Positions 35,480 through 38,531 of a stretch of DNA of 38,531 nucleotides are shown piece after piece (position 1 is the stretch's first letter; the number at the start of each line of letters is the position of its first letter). The notes beneath the pieces are model-generated. The model was given only the letters and a program-made list of their open reading frames with translations. It made no database searches and was not told the origin of the DNA. The position numbers were made by a program, and so were the translations under genes. This DNA is from Octopus sinensis (Eukaryota): assembly GCF_006345805.1 (NCBI RefSeq), contig NW_021832815.1:1-38531 (forward strand), given 5' to 3'.

Positions 35480-36765
35480 CGACGGGCTTCTTTCAGTTTC
35501 CGTCTACCAGATCCACTCAAAAGGCTTTGGTCGACCCGAGGCTATAGTAGAAGACACTTGCCCAATGTGCCACGCAGTGGGACCGAACCCGGAACTATAT
35601 GATTGGTAAACAAGCAACTTACCACACAGCCACTCCTAGCTTAACTCAATATATGCCATGTAGAGGCTTTTCTTGCCATCGTTTTATCATAATTTGTTGT
35701 TCCAATTTTGGCTTGGATTTCAGTTGTTTTACAATTTTTGTTGTTTCTTCCTTATCTTCATAGTAATCAGGTTTCTTGTATTTTTCAGCTTCTTTAATGA
35801 TAGAAAGCAGTTTTTTTTTTTGTTTTCCTCGTGTTTTGTGATTATTTGTATCGGTTTTCCTTGCTTCAGAGTTAGGTATTTCTAAAATCTTATAGTGATT
35901 GTTTTATAATAAAGTCTGCCATTATTTTTCTTGTTTTCCTGTCTAGTTTGATTAGTTCATTTAGAATCCAATTAAGAATATTGGTGCTGTAACTTATAAC
36001 TGGAACAGCTAGGATATTGATACCTATTATCTTATTTTTTGCATTAAGCTCTTTCTCAGTACTAATCTTATTCGTCTATAGTATTCCTTTCTTATCTTCT
36101 CTTTCATTGTGTGTGATGTACCGTATCTAGTTCATTGATTCCTAAGTATTTGTATGTCTGGCTTTGGTCTAATTCTCTTATTTCATTAGCTTTATCTAGT
36201 GTGATATTGTTACCCTTAACTAGTTTTCCTTTTTTAAGGTTGCTTTGGCACAATTTTCTAAACCGAATTTCATGTTTATTTCTTTGATAAATCGATGCAC
36301 TGTCCATAGTAATATTTCCAGCTGTTTGTGATTTGTAACATACAGTTTTAGATCATCCATAAATAAGAGATGGTTGATTGTTTTACCGTAACAGTTGTAT
36401 TCACATCTAGTTCTGTTTAGTATGTCAGTTAAAGACGTCAGTGCCAACCAGAAAAGGAGTGGAGAGAAAGTGTCTCCCTGGAATAGTCCTCTCCTAATGG
36501 GGATGGAGCTGCGGCACTGTTTGCCATTTATTCATGGAATGTTTTACATGTATTTTATTATTATCCATGGCTAACTTATCCATGGCTAGTCAAAAGTTTA
36601 CCGTGAAAAACCCTTTGATAATCGACCCCAGCCATACTTAGACCTTTCTTAGACTGTCTTCAGTTATGGCATTATTGATCAATAACTGGTCGTTACAACC
36701 ATATGAGCCCTTGCCGCATCTCTTCTGCTCTTCTGGAAACAAGTTGGCTTCATCCAGATGTTTTC
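34720..36765 (-). mobile_element. Decayed R4/Dong-type (RLE clade) non-LTR retrotransposon: RT, zinc knuckle and restriction-like endonuclease; interrupted by a SINE at 35186-35638
   Basis: Minus-strand translation across stops and frameshifts gives HLDEANLFPEEQKRCGKGSYGCNDQLLINNAI, PIRRGLFQGDTFSPLLF, INHLLFMDDLKLY (FMDD at ~36352-36363), MKFGLENCAK, QTYKYLGINE, KRWQEKPLHG, SGLKAETEG..AAQDQSLPTRNH, HRHDRVGTYIH, ILWIMPTHTDREIKANRLDVVVRD and LLIDVSIPADDNVS. Confidence 0.92.
35186..35638 (-). mobile_element. SINE family S1 inserted in the R4/Dong LINE
   Basis: Reverse-complement S1 copy; LINE protein motifs resume on both sides. Confidence 0.9.
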
Positions 36766-37293
36766 CTATTCTCTACGAAATAAATGAAGAGAACGACCTT
36801 CTCCGGAAGGCAAAAAGAAGAATATTTTATAAGATTTCTGAATTCGAAACTAAACCGGAAATAGTCAACAACAATTTTACTGAAAACTACTTCCCCTATA
36901 TATAATAATACGTGCCTGAAAACGTTAAGAAGTGAAAGCGCTTGCACATTTATATAAATAATGCTTACTCGCATTGCGTGAAATCTCTTCCCAAAAGTTA
37001 GTGTTTTTCGACTTTCTAAAAAGGTTCTTTTCTCAATCTTTACTCTTTGAGAAAAGATCTTCTCTCCAAATATATATATAATTAAATAAGGGTATTTTAA
37101 ATAAAAATGTTCTCTATCCGGTAAATTAACTGCTGTAGTTTATTAACTGCAGAGTAATTTCCGATCTCAGCGCGCCAAAGTGAAGGCATTTAAGAGCTAC
37201 ACATAAACACAATTTGCGGAACTATATACAATGCTGGATTTCGGTCGAGCGCCCTGTATCTAGTTCTGGAAATTGTGTTTCGCAAATGACAGA

Positions 37294-37369
37294 CTATGCT
37301 GATGATCTTGCAGATGTTTATGTATTCATATACGGAAATTATTAACAAGTGAAACTAATTAGTACATAG
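37294..37369 (+). ncRNA. Stand-alone type I hammerhead ribozyme with U10.1-U11.1 and palindromic stem III
   Basis: CTATG-CTGATGA-TCTTG...(35 nt)...CAAGT-GAAA-CTAATTAG-TA-CATAG. Stem I 5 bp; stem II is U-U then 4 bp; stem III ACTAATTAGT is a perfect palindrome; GUA triplet (37362-37364). Confidence 0.75.
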
Positions 37370-37942
37370 GTAATCGTTTCTTTGTTTTGTATATTTTCAT
37401 TTGTCTTGCTTATTTTTACGCTTTGGTCTTTTACTGAATTTTTTCTTGACAACACACTCTCCGTGGAAAATGGCGATTTTGACGTCTATATCTAGCATAC
37501 AGGCTGTCCACTTTTAGTGGTCAATCCTCTAAATTTTGTATATATATATATAGGCATGGCATATATGTTAACATATACAAGCACACACTGGCAGTATTCT
37601 TTTCTATCGCATATTTCAGAAACGTTCGACGATAATATATAATGAATAGACAAGGTAATTGACTTTCCACCCTGAAGCTTCCTAAAATGTAATCGTAAAA
37701 TGTTATACGTCCATTTAATCAGTGGCGTCTAAGATGTTAGCTTTTAAAAAAAATAGCATGGATGCTTCTGATCAAAGAAATCCAAATGCCAGTTCGTAGC
37801 ATGTCAGTAAAAGAAATAATTGCCCGATATTCAATATGTATAAATTTGTATGTATAATAATATATTTATACACACACGCACTCACTCACAAACACACGCA
37901 GATATGCATGTAGAAATGTGTGTATATGCACGTATATATATA

Positions 37943-38075
37943 CTTTATTTAAAAGTAGCAGAAATTCAACAAAACTTGTTACTCGGAGTTTCACGTTCCC
38001 GTTCGTCGGACAGGAACGGGATTGTGAAACTCCGAGTAACAGGTTTTGTTGAATTTCTGCTGCTTTTAAATAAAG
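37943..38075. repeat. Fold-back repeat, ~62-bp arms, 9-nt spacer, PLE-like
   Basis: 37943-38004 is the inverse of 38014-38075; overlaps the decayed HHR. Confidence 0.88.
37975..38014 (-). pseudogene. Degenerate minimal hammerhead motif inside a fold-back repeat
   Basis: Minus strand reads CCTGT-CCGACGA-ACGGGAACGT-GAAAC-TCCGA-GTA-ACAAG; core U4 is changed to C. Confidence 0.5.
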
Positions 38076-38263
38076 CCTATTACTCTACCCCTGGTATTTG
38101 AGTACTCTTTTTTCCACCTTGTTTCACATTTATGTGTTTACTCAGGTATGTATATATATATATATATATACACTCATGCGCGCATATATATGTATATGAA
38201 TCTATATGTATGTTCATGTATTAAAACATATTTGTCATTATAATATATTATATGGGATTATGT

Positions 38264-38531
38264 GTGAAGGCGCGTGGATTAGTCGTTAGGGGCATTCGGT
38301 TCATGATCGTAAGGTCGTGAGTTCAATTCCCGGCGGCGCGTTGTGTCCTTGAGCAAGACATTTTATTTCACGTTGCTTCAGTCCACTCAGCTGGCAAAAA
38401 TGAGTTGTATCAGTATTTCAAAGGGCCATCCTTGTCACACTCTGTGTCACGCTGAATCTCCCCGAGAACTACGTTAAAGGCACACGTGTCTGTGGAGTGC
38501 TCAGCCACTTGCACGTTAATTTCACGAGCAA
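38264..38531 (+). mobile_element. tRNA-derived SINE with S3 head and core but a different body; runs off the window end
   Basis: GAAGGCGCGTGG...GAGTTCAATTCCCGG head and GTTGTGTCCTTGAGCAAGACATTTTATTTCACGTTGC core shared with S3; downstream sequence is unrelated to S3. Confidence 0.8.

Overview
AT-rich, microsatellite-dense, repeat-dominated animal DNA with no host gene exon I can support. The SINE families and (TA)n/(CA)n/(AGAT)n load look like an octopus genome; this is inferred from recalled repeat families, not from a search. The main feature is an ~8.1-kb tandem array (20640-28750) of a ~480-bp monomer. Each full monomer carries a 48-nt type I hammerhead ribozyme (HHR) motif: 17 motifs, 5 on the minus strand and 12 on the plus strand. 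The motif has an unusual U10.1-U11.1 apposition and a near-palindromic stem III. The array resembles a retrozyme (a self-cleaving, putatively circRNA-producing retroelement) and consists of two sequence variants, each internally inverted and embedded in (TA)n. The window also has two intact stand-alone type I HHRs (32065-32153, 37294-37369), several decayed HHRs in Penelope-like (PLE) remnants and fold-back repeats, and a possible PLE GIY-YIG remnant. A nested cluster at 33.7-36.8 kb contains a decayed R4/Dong-type LINE, a second REL-endonuclease fragment, a mariner remnant and an RTE-like insertion with a structured 5' motif. The rest is tRNA-derived SINEs, MITEs, Helitron-like elements and a palindromic 30-bp minisatellite. 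Most ORFs in the supplied track are microsatellite or SINE artefacts.
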